From the NCBI GenBank assembly GCA_035526335.1, contig DATLCN010000026.1, positions 14,765 to 78,764 on the forward strand: a stretch of DNA of 64,000 nucleotides, written 5' to 3'. Source of the DNA: Acidimicrobiales bacterium. GTDB taxonomy: Bacteria > Actinomycetota > Acidimicrobiia > Acidimicrobiales > GCA-2861595. Below the pieces are notes generated by a model, which had not been told where the DNA came from, did no database searches, and was given only the letters and a program-made list of their open reading frames with translations. Made by a program: the position numbers and the translations under genes. Below, one piece after another: positions 9,824 through 19,084 of the stretch (within the stretch, counting starts at the first letter, position 1; each line of letters opens with the position of its first letter).

Positions 9824-10603
9824 TCAACGTCGGGTCAACACTGGCGCGCGAGGTACCCGAACGTCGATGACGGCGAGCCTGGCCAGGTCGACCTTCTCCA
9901 GCAAAGTCTCGAGCGCCGCGTACTTCTGGTCGAGGCCTTCGGCCGGCCCGAGCCGGACCATGCCACCAGGCGCCACAAGTTGAAGCTCCACCTCACCCCC
10001 AGGTCCGGTGGCGACATCGGCCACCCGCCGGCGGAGTGCCTCGGGAAGGCTCGCGGCGACCTCGAGGGATGCGCCGGCGGCTGGCGCTATCGATGAGCCG
10101 GGAGGGCCCACCTCGCCGACGTTGCCGATCACGGGCAGACCGGCGGGCTTGGCCGGACCGACCTCGAGGATCCGTCCGGTGACGTCGATCAGCCCCCACA
10201 GCCGGCCGCTGTCGACCGGCACCGCCGCTGCGGGAACCCTCTCCGTCACGTGGACCCGTACCGTCCCGGGCCACTGGCGCCGTGCCGTCGCATCCATGAC
10301 CCAGGGCAGCGCCTCGGCCCGCCGGACGATGCGGTCGGTATGTATCTCGACCATCAGTGGATGACCACCGAGGCCCGTCTCCCGCAACAGCACCTCCCGC
10401 GGCGTTCGCTCCGCGCCCCGAACGTCGACGTAGTCGAGGTCCAGGAGCGGTGAGCGGGTAAGGCCTGCAGCGGCGGCCAGCACGATGCCCGCGGACAAGG
10501 ACGCGGTCAGGACGTGGAGCCGGCGCCGGCCCTCCTCCCGGCGCACCTGGACACGCCGCTGGCGGATGCGGGGGTCGATCCTGGCGAAGTCCCCCGAACT
10601 CAC
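9824..10603 (-). CDS. ftsQ: cell division protein FtsQ/DivIB (POTRA domain)
   Basis: Basic N-terminus, one TM helix (VLTASLSAGIVLAAAAGL), then a POTRA-like segment (LDYVDVRGAERT...V). Canonical position between murB/murC and ftsZ, with a 4-nt overlap with murB. Confidence 0.8.
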   Translation of the reverse strand: MSSGDFARIDPRIRQRRVQVRREEGRRRLHVLTASLSAGIVLAAAAGLTRSPLLDLDYVDVRGAERTPREVLLRETGLGGHPLMVEIHTDRIVRRAEALPWVMDATARRQWPGTVRVHVTERVPAAAVPVDSGRLWGLIDVTGRILEVGPAKPAGLPVIGNVGEVGPPGSSIAPAAGASLEVAASLPEALRRRVADVATGPGGEVELQLVAPGGMVRLGPAEGLDQKYAALETLLEKVDLARLAVIDVRVPRAPVLTRR

Positions 10604-11529
10604 GTCTGGTCCTCATCGAAGCCGACCAGGCGCAACTCCGGGGTCAGCCTGACACCTGTCTCCTGCTCCACTCGGCGTTGCACCTCCCGCACCACGGCCA
10701 CGACGTCGGCAGCCGTCCCACCGTCGTCCGCCTGTACGAAGTTCGCATGTTTCGTCGATACATGCGCGGATCCCACCCGGAAACCCTTGAGCCCGGCGGC
10801 ATCCACCAGTCGGCCGGCCGAATCCCCGGGAGGATTGGTGAACACGGACCCCGCGTTCTGGCCGCCGGGCTGGTGCTCCCGGCGCCAGCGCACGATCTCT
10901 GCGACCCGTGCCTCACACTCCTGGACCCGACCGTGACCGAGGGCGAACTCGGCCAGGACCACGACGTGGGAGGCCTGCACCGTCGAGCTGCGGTAGCGGA
11001 ACTTCAGGCGTTCGGCTCCGAACTCACCGTCAGGGCCGCCGGTTAGGTCGACGAAGCGGAAGCTGGTCAGGGTCTCGCTGGTCTCGGAGCCGTGGCCGCC
11101 GGCGTTCATGCGCACGGCGCCGCCGACGGAGCCGGGCACACCCACGGCCCACTCGAGCCCGGGGAGGCCCGCAGCGGCCGTGCGCCGGGCCAGCACCGGC
11201 AGCGGGGTACCACCGCCCGCGCGGACCCGGGCTGAACCGACGTCGATCTCGATCGTGGCCAGACCCTCGCCGACCACGACGGCCAGCCCGGGGAAACCGG
11301 CATCGGACACGAGCAGGTTCGATCCCTTGCCCACCACCAGCACCGGCAGCCCGCTGGCCGCCACCGCCTCACGGGCCAGGTCGAGGTCCGCCTCCGAGTG
11401 TGCCTCGAGCCACACCGCGGCCGCGCCGCCCACGCGGTAGGTGGTCGAGGGCCCGAGAGGAACAGCGGCCCGACCGCGCTCCCCCAGTATTTCGAGCGCC
11501 GCCTTCACCTGTTCTCCCTCAGCCGCCAC
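10600..11529 (-). CDS. murB: UDP-N-acetylenolpyruvoylglucosamine reductase
   Basis: [40 protein letters not shown] and NAGSVFTNP are MurB FAD-binding and C-terminal motifs. Confidence 0.9.
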   Translation of the reverse strand: MAAEGEQVKAALEILGERGRAAVPLGPSTTYRVGGAAAVWLEAHSEADLDLAREAVAASGLPVLVVGKGSNLLVSDAGFPGLAVVVGEGLATIEIDVGSARVRAGGGTPLPVLARRTAAAGLPGLEWAVGVPGSVGGAVRMNAGGHGSETSETLTSFRFVDLTGGPDGEFGAERLKFRYRSSTVQASHVVVLAEFALGHGRVQECEARVAEIVRWRREHQPGGQNAGSVFTNPPGDSAGRLVDAAGLKGFRVGSAHVSTKHANFVQADDGGTAADVVAVVREVQRRVEQETGVRLTPELRLVGFDEDQT

Positions 11530-12883
11530 GGAACACCTGGTCGGCCAGTTGCGTCACGTCGCCGGCGCCGAGGGTGAGGCAGAGATCGCCCGGTCGCAGC
11601 ACACGCTCCAGATAGGGCGCCCACTCCCTGCGGTGCGGGAGGTAGGCCACCCGGGCGGAGGGGTGCGCCTCGAGCACCGCGTCCACGACCGTCCTGCCGG
11701 ACACGCCGGGGCGGGGGGCCTCGCCGGCCGGGTAGACGTCGGTGACCACGAGGACGTTCGCTTGGGAGAAGGACGAGGCGAAATCGGTACCGATGGCGGC
11801 TGTCCGGGAGAAGCGGTGGGGCTGGAAGACGCACACGACCCGGCTCCACCCGCCGTCGCCCGCCGCGGCCAGTGCAGCCTCGACCTCCGCCGGCAGGTGG
11901 GCGTAGTCGTCCACGAAGGTGACGCCCTGCCTCTCGCCGCGGAACTGGAAGCGGCGCGCCACCCCTCCGTAGCCGGCCAGCGCCCGGGCGCCGGCGGTGA
12001 ACGAGGCACCGAGCAGCAGACCCGTGACGAGCGCGGCGCAGGCGTTGCGGGCGTTGTGGAGCCCGGGCACGGGCAGGACGATCTCGCCGAGGTCCACGCC
12101 CTCCCGCTCGACCAGGAAGCGCACCCGGTTGCGGGCCCGCTCGACACCGGACATCCGGTAGTCCGCCGACTCGTGGGTGCCGTAGGTGAGGGCGCCGGTG
12201 ACCGCGGCCAACTTCCGAGCGACGGGGTCGTCGGCGCAGACCACCCGGGGGCCGGGAGTGGAGGAGAGGAACCGCTCGAAGGAGGAGACAAGGGCGTCGA
12301 ACCCGCCGTAGTGGTCGAGGTGATCCGGCTCCACGCTCGTCACCACGGCCACCTCGGGCGCCAGCTCCAGGAAGGTCCCGTCACTCTCGTCCGCCTCCAC
12401 GACCAGCCATTCGCCCTCGTCCCACACCGCGCCGGTGCCGATCTCGTTCAGCTCTCCCCCGACGATGAACGACGGTCGCAGACCGGCGCCGGAAAGGACG
12501 AGGGCCAGCATCGACGACGTGGTGGTCTTGCCATGGGTGCCGGCGACGGCGACGGTGCGGCGGGTGGCGGCGATGGCGGCCAGCAACTCGGAGCGGCGCA
12601 GAACCCGCACCCCGCGGCCGGTGGCAGCCACGACCTCGGGGTTGGCGGCGGGTACGGCGGTCGACATGGTGAGCAGGTCGATGTCGCCGACGTTGTCCGC
12701 AGAGTGTCCGACGACGATTTTCATCCCCAGAGCCCGCAGCCGGCTCAGCGGCGGCGAGTCCTTCAGGTCGCTACCCGTGACGGTGTGGCCCATGGCGGCC
12801 AGCACGGTGGCGATGGCGCTCATCCCGGCCCCGCCGATACCGACCACGTGCGCCCTCAGGGGACGCGATACGTCAACCGGCAC
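11519..12883 (-). CDS. murC: UDP-N-acetylmuramate--L-alanine ligase
   Basis: HVVGIGGAGMSAIA, the P-loop VAGTHGKTTTSSM, EADESDGTF and DDYAHLP. GTG start 12883 overlaps the murG stop. The track ORF 11519..13684 is over-extended. Confidence 0.93.
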   Translation of the reverse strand: MPVDVSRPLRAHVVGIGGAGMSAIATVLAAMGHTVTGSDLKDSPPLSRLRALGMKIVVGHSADNVGDIDLLTMSTAVPAANPEVVAATGRGVRVLRRSELLAAIAATRRTVAVAGTHGKTTTSSMLALVLSGAGLRPSFIVGGELNEIGTGAVWDEGEWLVVEADESDGTFLELAPEVAVVTSVEPDHLDHYGGFDALVSSFERFLSSTPGPRVVCADDPVARKLAAVTGALTYGTHESADYRMSGVERARNRVRFLVEREGVDLGEIVLPVPGLHNARNACAALVTGLLLGASFTAGARALAGYGGVARRFQFRGERQGVTFVDDYAHLPAEVEAALAAAGDGGWSRVVCVFQPHRFSRTAAIGTDFASSFSQANVLVVTDVYPAGEAPRPGVSGRTVVDAVLEAHPSARVAYLPHRREWAPYLERVLRPGDLCLTLGAGDVTQLADQVFRGG

Positions 12884-14006
12884 GGGCGTGACGCTCCATG
12901 AGCGATGCCACCTCGTCGGCCGCTCCGGGGCGGGCGAGGGCACGGCCGGCGACCTCCATGGCCTGGCGGACGCTGGCGTCGTCGAGCAGAGGCCCCACCT
13001 CGGCCACGAGCCGCTCGGGCGTGAGCTCGCCATCGGGCACGAGCACGGCCGCTCCCGCTGCCACGAGTGCAGAGGCGTTGGCCGTCTGATGGTCGTGGGG
13101 TGCGATGGGAAGGGGGACGAAGACCGCCGGAAGGCCGACGGCGGCCAGCTCGGCCACCGAAGAGCCGCCGGCGCGGCAGACGGCGACGTCAGCCGCGGTG
13201 AGGAGGAGGGGCATGCGCTCCTCGTACTCCACCGCCCGGTACACGAGGGCGCCCCCGGCCTCGGGCGGTGCCGCCGGCGGGACGAAACTCCCCCAGTCCC
13301 GGGTGCCGACCACGTGGTACACGGTGAGGTCGGCCCGCGCCGCCCACGCCTCGGCCATCCCCCTCGCCGCTTCGTTGATGCGCCGGGCACCGAGCGAGCC
13401 GCCGAACACGGCCACCACCATCCGGCCGGCGGGGACCCCCAGCGCCTCTCTGGCCGCGGCGCGCCCGGCCGGCGACCGGTCCACGGCCGCCACCTCGGCC
13501 CGGACCGGGTTGCCGGTGGTGACGGCGCGCGGAAGCGGCGTGCCCTCGAACGAGGTGGCGCTGACCCGCGCGAAGCGGGCGGCAAGACGGTTGGCCAGAC
13601 CAGGCACCGCGTTCTGCTCATGGACGACCATCGGTACGCGCAGCATGAACGCGGCCAGGGCACACGGGACGCTGGCGTAACCACCGACCACGAGGACCAC
13701 CCGGGGCCGGCGCCTGGCCAAAAGCGCCAGCGCCCGCACCGCGGCGCGGACGATGCCCAGGATGGCCAGCCCGCTGGACACGCTCAGGCGACGGGCGACG
13801 CCACGGCCGGGGAGCAGGGTGATCTCGAAGCCGGCCGCCGGCACCAGGCGGGCCTCGATGCCACGGGAGGAGCCCACGAAGCCGATGCTGCCGGCGGCAT
13901 GACCCCGCGCCACAAGGGCCCGTCCGACGGCCAGGGCGGGCAGGACATGTCCCGCGGTACCGCCTCCGGCGATCATGGCCCAGGTCGCCCGGCGCGGCCG
14001 GCCCAT
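12873..14006 (-). CDS. murG: undecaprenyldiphospho-muramoylpentapeptide beta-N-acetylglucosaminyltransferase
   Basis: IAGGGTAGHVLPALAV, MVVHEQNAVPG, FGGSLGARRIN and CRAGGSSVAELAAVGLPAVFVP. ATG 14006 overlaps the ftsW stop (ATGA). Confidence 0.93.
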   Translation of the reverse strand: MGRPRRATWAMIAGGGTAGHVLPALAVGRALVARGHAAGSIGFVGSSRGIEARLVPAAGFEITLLPGRGVARRLSVSSGLAILGIVRAAVRALALLARRRPRVVLVVGGYASVPCALAAFMLRVPMVVHEQNAVPGLANRLAARFARVSATSFEGTPLPRAVTTGNPVRAEVAAVDRSPAGRAAAREALGVPAGRMVVAVFGGSLGARRINEAARGMAEAWAARADLTVYHVVGTRDWGSFVPPAAPPEAGGALVYRAVEYEERMPLLLTAADVAVCRAGGSSVAELAAVGLPAVFVPLPIAPHDHQTANASALVAAGAAVLVPDGELTPERLVAEVGPLLDDASVRQAMEVAGRALARPGAADEVASLMERHARAG

Positions 14007-15271
14007 CACCGGGGGTTGGAGGCCGACCGGCGCGCCCGCGCCTTGGCCGGGGCCATCTCCCGTTCCTGGGCGGCGACGTTGAGGAGCATGCCGACGGCGG
14101 CGAGGAGGATCACCAGCGAGGAGCCGCCGAACGACACGAAGGGCAGAGGAACGCCCGTTACGGGGACCAGGCCGATCACGGCCCCGATGTTGATGAAGGC
14201 CTGGCCCACGACCCACGCCGTGATGCCGGCGGCCAGCAGCGTGCCGAACCGGTCGGGCGCCCGCAGAGCGGTGCGGATTCCGAGCACGGCGAAGCCGGCG
14301 AAGAGGGCCAGGACGAAGAGGGTTCCGATCAGGCCGAGCTCCTCGCCGATGATGGCAAAGATGAAGTCGGTGTGGGCGTTGGGAAGGAACCCCCACTTGG
14401 CCCGGCTGGCACCCACGCCGACGCCGCTCCACTGGCCGCTGCCGAGGCCGACCAGCGACTGGACCACCTGATAGCCGCTGTTGCTGGCGTCGGCCCACGG
14501 GTTCAGGAACGACACCATCCTGGCCCGCCGGTAGGGCTCGGTCAGGCCCACCACCAGCGCCACCCCGACCGCGCCGGCGCCGAGAGCGGCCATGGCCCGT
14601 AAAGGCGTTCCGGACACGTAGAGCATCCCGAGCACGATGAATCCCATGACGAGGGCGGTGCCCATGTCGGGCTGGCGCATCACGAGCAGGCCGACGACGG
14701 CGAGTACGCCGAGGACCACCCTGACCGTGACCCTGTCGACGGGGGCCCGCCCGGCCCGACCCAGGTAGTCGGCCACGAACACGAGGACCGCCAACTTGGC
14801 CAGTTCCGAGGGTTGGATCCTCCAGCCCGACGTGCCGAGCCATCGGGTGGATCCGCCGGCGGTGATACCGACGCCGGGCACGAGGACGAGGGCCAGCAGG
14901 CCGAGCGAGGCGAGCAGCATGGGCAGAGCCAGTCGTCGCCAGCGGTGGTAGTCGACGCGGGCGGTGACGACGAGGGCGCCCACCCCGACGGCGAGCCACA
15001 GCACCTGGCGCCCGAAGAAGAGCCACGAGGTGCCGTACTCCCGCAGGGCGAGCACCGACGAGGCGCTCAGGACCATCACCAGGCCGATGAGGCACAACAC
15101 GCCCACGATGGCGGCGAGCACCGCCGCGGGTGTGGGTCCATGGGACTTGTGGCCGGGCGCGGGTCCACGCGAAGTCGCCCCCGCAGCGGGCGCGGTTCCC
15201 CGTCGGGTCCGGGACGCCGGCGAGGGCGCGCTGCGGGTCCGGCCCGTGGTCGAGGGCGTGCGCCCCGTCAT
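14006..15271 (-). CDS. ftsW: FtsW/RodA/SpoVE-family peptidoglycan glycosyltransferase
   Basis: A polytopic membrane protein with ...QPSELAKLAVVLF..., LPNAHTDFIFAIIGEELGLIG and VPVTGVPLPFVSFGGSSL. Confidence 0.9.
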   Translation of the reverse strand: MTGRTPSTTGRTRSAPSPASRTRRGTAPAAGATSRGPAPGHKSHGPTPAAVLAAIVGVLCLIGLVMVLSASSVLALREYGTSWLFFGRQVLWLAVGVGALVVTARVDYHRWRRLALPMLLASLGLLALVLVPGVGITAGGSTRWLGTSGWRIQPSELAKLAVLVFVADYLGRAGRAPVDRVTVRVVLGVLAVVGLLVMRQPDMGTALVMGFIVLGMLYVSGTPLRAMAALGAGAVGVALVVGLTEPYRRARMVSFLNPWADASNSGYQVVQSLVGLGSGQWSGVGVGASRAKWGFLPNAHTDFIFAIIGEELGLIGTLFVLALFAGFAVLGIRTALRAPDRFGTLLAAGITAWVVGQAFINIGAVIGLVPVTGVPLPFVSFGGSSLVILLAAVGMLLNVAAQEREMAPAKARARRSASNPR

Positions 15272-16566
15272 TTCGCCGTCAACCTCCTGACCTCTTCGCT
15301 GAAGTCCGCCCCGCGCGCGCCGTAATTGGCGTACCAGTCCTGGGACGCGCAGGCCGGCGACAGCAGCACGACGTCACCGGGCCTGGCCGCCTCGGCTGCC
15401 GACGCCACCGCCGCCCGCATCGAGGACGCGGCGGTCACCGGCACGACCCCGGCAAAGGCGGACTCGACCTCCGCGGCCGCCTCCCCGATGGCGACCACCG
15501 CACGCAGATGGTGGGCCCCCTGGCCCAGGACGCCGAGGTCGAGGCCCTTGTTGCGGCCGCCGGCGATGAGCACGACGGAGTCGAAGCCCTCGAGGGCAGC
15601 CAGCACAGCGGACGGGGTGGTGGCCTTCGAGTCGTCGTACCAGCTCACCCCTCCAGCCTCGCCCACCAGCGTCACGCGATGGGGGAGCCCCGCGAATTCG
15701 GCCAGCACGGCGGCGCAGGCCCCGACCTCGGCGCCGGCGGCCATCGCCGTGGCCGTGGCCGCCAGCGCATTGGCCACGTCGTGGGGAAGGCGCCGGCGAA
15801 GGTGCTCCACCCTGATGATGGCGCCCTGCGGACCCCTCAGCTCGCCGTTCGCGACCCGGAAGTCCGAGGAGGAGGTGGTACCGAACGTGAGGAGGCGGCC
15901 GGCCGAGGAGGCGGCGGCGTCCATCACCTCGGCATCGTCGGCGTTGGCCACCGCCACGTCGCCCCCGCCCTGACGGGCCCAGATGCGGGACTTGGCCGCC
16001 TTGTAGTGGACCATGTCCGGGTGCCAGTCCAGGTGGTCCTCGGCCAGGTTCAGCCAGGTGCCGACATGCGGGCGGAACCCGTCGGTCCAGTGGAGCTGGA
16101 AGGAGGAGACCTCGGCCACCATCACCTCGACGTCTTCGGCCACCGCGTCGACGAGGGGAAGGCCGATGTTGCCCGCGGCCACTGCGCTACGACCGCTGCG
16201 AACCAGCATCGCCGCGACCATCGTCGTCACCGTCGTTTTGCCGTTGGTCCCCGTGACGGCGACGATCCGCTTGTCGCCGGCCGACCGCCATGCCAGTTCC
16301 ACCTCGCTCACGATGGCGACGCCGGCGGCGCCGGCACGGACGAGCGCGGGATGATGGGGGGGAACGCCCGGGCTTGGCACCACCAGGTCGGCACCGTCCA
16401 CGTCGGTCTCGGCACCGAGGCCGATCCCCAGCGACCCCGCCTGCCCGACCGACTTCCGGAGCGGCCCGTCCTCGATCGCGACGACCGTCCATCCCTGGGC
16501 GGCGAGGTGCCGCGCCACCGAACGTCCGGTCACACCCATGCCGATGATCACCGCCCGAGGCGCCAA
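15268..16566 (-). CDS. murD: UDP-N-acetylmuramoylalanine--D-glutamate ligase
   Basis: VIIGMGVTGRSVARHL and VAVTGTNGKTTVTTM. The start is set to TTG 16566 (GTG 16551 is the alternative), just downstream of the mraY stop. The track ORF is over-extended. Confidence 0.9.
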   Translation of the reverse strand: MAPRAVIIGMGVTGRSVARHLAAQGWTVVAIEDGPLRKSVGQAGSLGIGLGAETDVDGADLVVPSPGVPPHHPALVRAGAAGVAIVSEVELAWRSAGDKRIVAVTGTNGKTTVTTMVAAMLVRSGRSAVAAGNIGLPLVDAVAEDVEVMVAEVSSFQLHWTDGFRPHVGTWLNLAEDHLDWHPDMVHYKAAKSRIWARQGGGDVAVANADDAEVMDAAASSAGRLLTFGTTSSSDFRVANGELRGPQGAIIRVEHLRRRLPHDVANALAATATAMAAGAEVGACAAVLAEFAGLPHRVTLVGEAGGVSWYDDSKATTPSAVLAALEGFDSVVLIAGGRNKGLDLGVLGQGAHHLRAVVAIGEAAAEVESAFAGVVPVTAASSMRAAVASAAEAARPGDVVLLSPACASQDWYANYGARGADFSEEVRRLTAK

Positions 16567-16577
16567 ACCCGCCGTCC

Positions 16578-17612
16578 TCAGTCCAGGACACCGAGGGAGA
16601 TGAAGTCGGCGTAGAAGAGCCCGAGGGCCAGGGCGGTGCACAGGCCGGCCAGTATCCAGAAGCGGATGATCACCGTGGTCTCGGGCCAGCCGGCCATCTC
16701 GAAGTGGTGGTGGATGGGCGCCATGCGGAAGACCCGCCGGTGGAAGATCCGGAAACTGGCGACCTGCACGATCACCGACAACGTCTCGAGCACGTAGAGG
16801 CCGCCGATCACCGGAAGCAGCAGCTGGACGTTCATGACCAGAGCCAACGCGCCGAGGCCGGCGCCGATGGCCAACGACCCGGTGTCGCCCATGAATATGC
16901 GGGCGGGAGCGGCGTTCCACCACAGGAAGCCCGCGCAGGCGCCGGTCAACGAGATGGACATGAGGGCGAGGTCCAGGGCCTGCGGCACCTGGTACACGTC
17001 GAAATGGCGGAACTGCCAGAACCCGATGATGGCGAGGGCGGAGAACGAGAAGGTCGCCGAGCCGGCGGCCAGGCCGTCGAGGCCGTCGGTGAGGTTCACG
17101 GCGTTGGACGTGCCGATCAGGACGATGACGGCCCAGACGACCCAGCCGGCGGTGCCGAGGTCGATGCCGATGGAGTCGAACCGCGTGAAGGAGAGGTCGG
17201 TCTTCACGTCCGCCAGCTTCAGGGCCAGCAGGGCGAAGCCACCCGCCACCACGAGCTGGCCGGCGATCTTGGCCCGCTTGTTGAGGCCCAGACTTCTCTG
17301 GTGGCGAACCTTGATCCAGTCGTCGCCGAGGCCGACCAGGCCGGCGCCGGCAACGGCCACGGCCACCAGCAGCCCGCCACGGGTGAAGATGGCCCCAGAG
17401 CGCAGGTGGCCGGCCAGATAGCCGGCGAGGGCGCCGATGACGATCATGAGGCCGCCCATGGTCGGCGTGCCTGCCTTTGTGATGTGGCCCTGGGGACCGT
17501 CCTCCCGGATGTGCTGGCCGATGCCCTGGGCCTGGAGCCAGCGGATGAACACCGGCGTGGCGGTGAGGGCCACCAGCAGGGCAACACCGCCGGCGAGCAG
17601 GAGCGCGATCAC
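16578..17612 (-). CDS. mraY: phospho-N-acetylmuramoyl-pentapeptide transferase
   Basis: KAGTPTMGG, NAVNLTDGLDGLA and FMGDTGSLAIG...MAPIHHHFE. Confidence 0.95.
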   Translation of the reverse strand: MIALLLAGGVALLVALTATPVFIRWLQAQGIGQHIREDGPQGHITKAGTPTMGGLMIVIGALAGYLAGHLRSGAIFTRGGLLVAVAVAGAGLVGLGDDWIKVRHQRSLGLNKRAKIAGQLVVAGGFALLALKLADVKTDLSFTRFDSIGIDLGTAGWVVWAVIVLIGTSNAVNLTDGLDGLAAGSATFSFSALAIIGFWQFRHFDVYQVPQALDLALMSISLTGACAGFLWWNAAPARIFMGDTGSLAIGAGLGALALVMNVQLLLPVIGGLYVLETLSVIVQVASFRIFHRRVFRMAPIHHHFEMAGWPETTVIIRFWILAGLCTALALGLFYADFISLGVLD

Positions 17613-19075
17613 GGGGCGACCCTCTTCACCGCTGCTTCCCGTGCCACCTCACGGTCGTCGAAGGGAAAGGTCCGGTCCCCCACCGTCTGGCCCGTCTCGT
17701 GTCCCTTGCCGGCCACGACCACCACGTCGCCCGGGGCGGCGGTGGCGACGGCTTGCCCGATCGCCGAGCGCCGGTCCGGCTCCACCACCAGCGCGGACTC
17801 GAAGGCGGTGCCCACACCGCTGCGGACCTGGTCGATGATGGCCGACGGGTCCTCGTCACGAGGGTTGTCGGAGGTCAGAACCGCCCTGTCGGCCAGGCGG
17901 GCGGCCACCTCGCCCATGAGCGGCCTCTTCCCGGGATCCCGTCCTCCACCGCAGCCGAACACGACCGTGAGGCGGCCGGTGCCCGCCATGGTGCGGGCCG
18001 CCGTGAGCACCTGCTCGAGGGCGTCGGGCGTGTGCGCGTAATCCACCACGACGGCAAACGGCTGGCCAGCGTCGATCCGCTCGAAGCGACCCGGCACCCG
18101 GTCCACCGCGCTCAGCCCGGCGGCCACCGTCTCGGCCGGAACGCCCATCTCCCGCGCCATCGTCGCCGCGCAGAGGGCGTTGGCCACGTTGAAGCGCCCA
18201 CCCACCGAGAGACGGACATGGTGGCCGGCCCAGCCGAAGCTGCTCGTGGCCGTGTCCGGATCGACGACCAGATCCGAGGCGTCGGCCAGGCTGAACGGGA
18301 CCAGGCGCAGCCCGTCCCGCTGCAGGAGGCGCTGACCGTAGGGGTCGTCGGCGTTGACCACGCCGACCTCCGCCCGTCCGGCGTCGAACAGCGAGGCCTT
18401 GGCGTGGAAGTAGGTCTCCATGTCGCCGTGGTAGTCGAGGTGGTCCTGGGTCAGGTTGGTGAACCCGACGGCGGCGAAGTGGACCGAATCGGCCCGGTGC
18501 TGGGCGAGGCCGTGGGACGAGACCTCGATGGCCACGGCCCGACGGCCGGCGCCGAGCTCGGCGGCCAGCCGGGCGTGGAGCTCCGGAGCCTCCGGCGTGG
18601 TGCGCAGCGCGCCGATGGTGCCGACCACCGCGGTGCTCCAGCCGTGGGTCTCGAGCACCGACCGGAGCATGAATGCGGTGGTTGTCTTCCCGTTGGTGCC
18701 GGTGATGCCCGCCACCAGCAGGGAGCGCGAGGGATGACCGTGGAGTGCGGCGGCGGCCGCGGCCAGGGCGACCCGGGCGTCGGCCACTACGAGCTGGACC
18801 ACCTCGGGGCCGAGATCCAGCGCCCGCTCGCAGACGACGGCGACGGCACCCGCAGCGACGGCGGCAGCGGCGTGATGGTGGCCGTCGGTGGCGGTCCCCC
18901 GGATGCAGAAGAACAGCGCACCGGATGCCGCGGCCCTCGAATCAGCCGTGACTCCTGTCACCACAACTCCACCCGGATCACCGATGACGTCGAGGACCTC
19001 GACCTCCTCGACGAGGTGGTCGAGGCGCGCCGGCGCCGGCGGAGGGCCCCTCAGGGCGGAGGAAACGGCGGGCAC
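17609..19075 (-). CDS. murE: UDP-N-acetylmuramoyl-L-alanyl-D-glutamate--2,6-diaminopimelate ligase
   Basis: GITGTNGKTTTAFM, VDYAHTPDALE and the DAP-recognition motif SDNPRDEDP. These identify MurE rather than MurF. Confidence 0.9.
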   Translation of the reverse strand: MPAVSSALRGPPPAPARLDHLVEEVEVLDVIGDPGGVVVTGVTADSRAAASGALFFCIRGTATDGHHHAAAAVAAGAVAVVCERALDLGPEVVQLVVADARVALAAAAAALHGHPSRSLLVAGITGTNGKTTTAFMLRSVLETHGWSTAVVGTIGALRTTPEAPELHARLAAELGAGRRAVAIEVSSHGLAQHRADSVHFAAVGFTNLTQDHLDYHGDMETYFHAKASLFDAGRAEVGVVNADDPYGQRLLQRDGLRLVPFSLADASDLVVDPDTATSSFGWAGHHVRLSVGGRFNVANALCAATMAREMGVPAETVAAGLSAVDRVPGRFERIDAGQPFAVVVDYAHTPDALEQVLTAARTMAGTGRLTVVFGCGGGRDPGKRPLMGEVAARLADRAVLTSDNPRDEDPSAIIDQVRSGVGTAFESALVVEPDRRSAIGQAVATAAPGDVVVVAGKGHETGQTVGDRTFPFDDREVAREAAVKRVAP

Positions 19076-19084
19076 GGGCCGACC

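Noticed and set aside
8552-10096. A 514-aa plus-strand ORF, and many similar long ORFs (for example 11441..12901 +, 12435..14471 +, 32000..34030 +, 38918..40417 -, 50171..51907 +, 56611..58455 +, 60807..62498 -).
   Set aside because: They lie antisense to genes with unmistakable conserved motifs (ftsZ, murC, murG, the MCO, pfkA, hflX/dapF, cinA, GGDEF-EAL). Their translations are Arg/Pro/Gly/Ala-rich low complexity. Stop-free antisense frames are expected in ~70% GC DNA.
17609-19075. Calling this Mur ligase murF because of its position immediately upstream of mraY.
   Set aside because: The sequence carries the MurE-specific VDYAHTPDAL and DNPR motifs, and I found no MurF-type YNANP motif.
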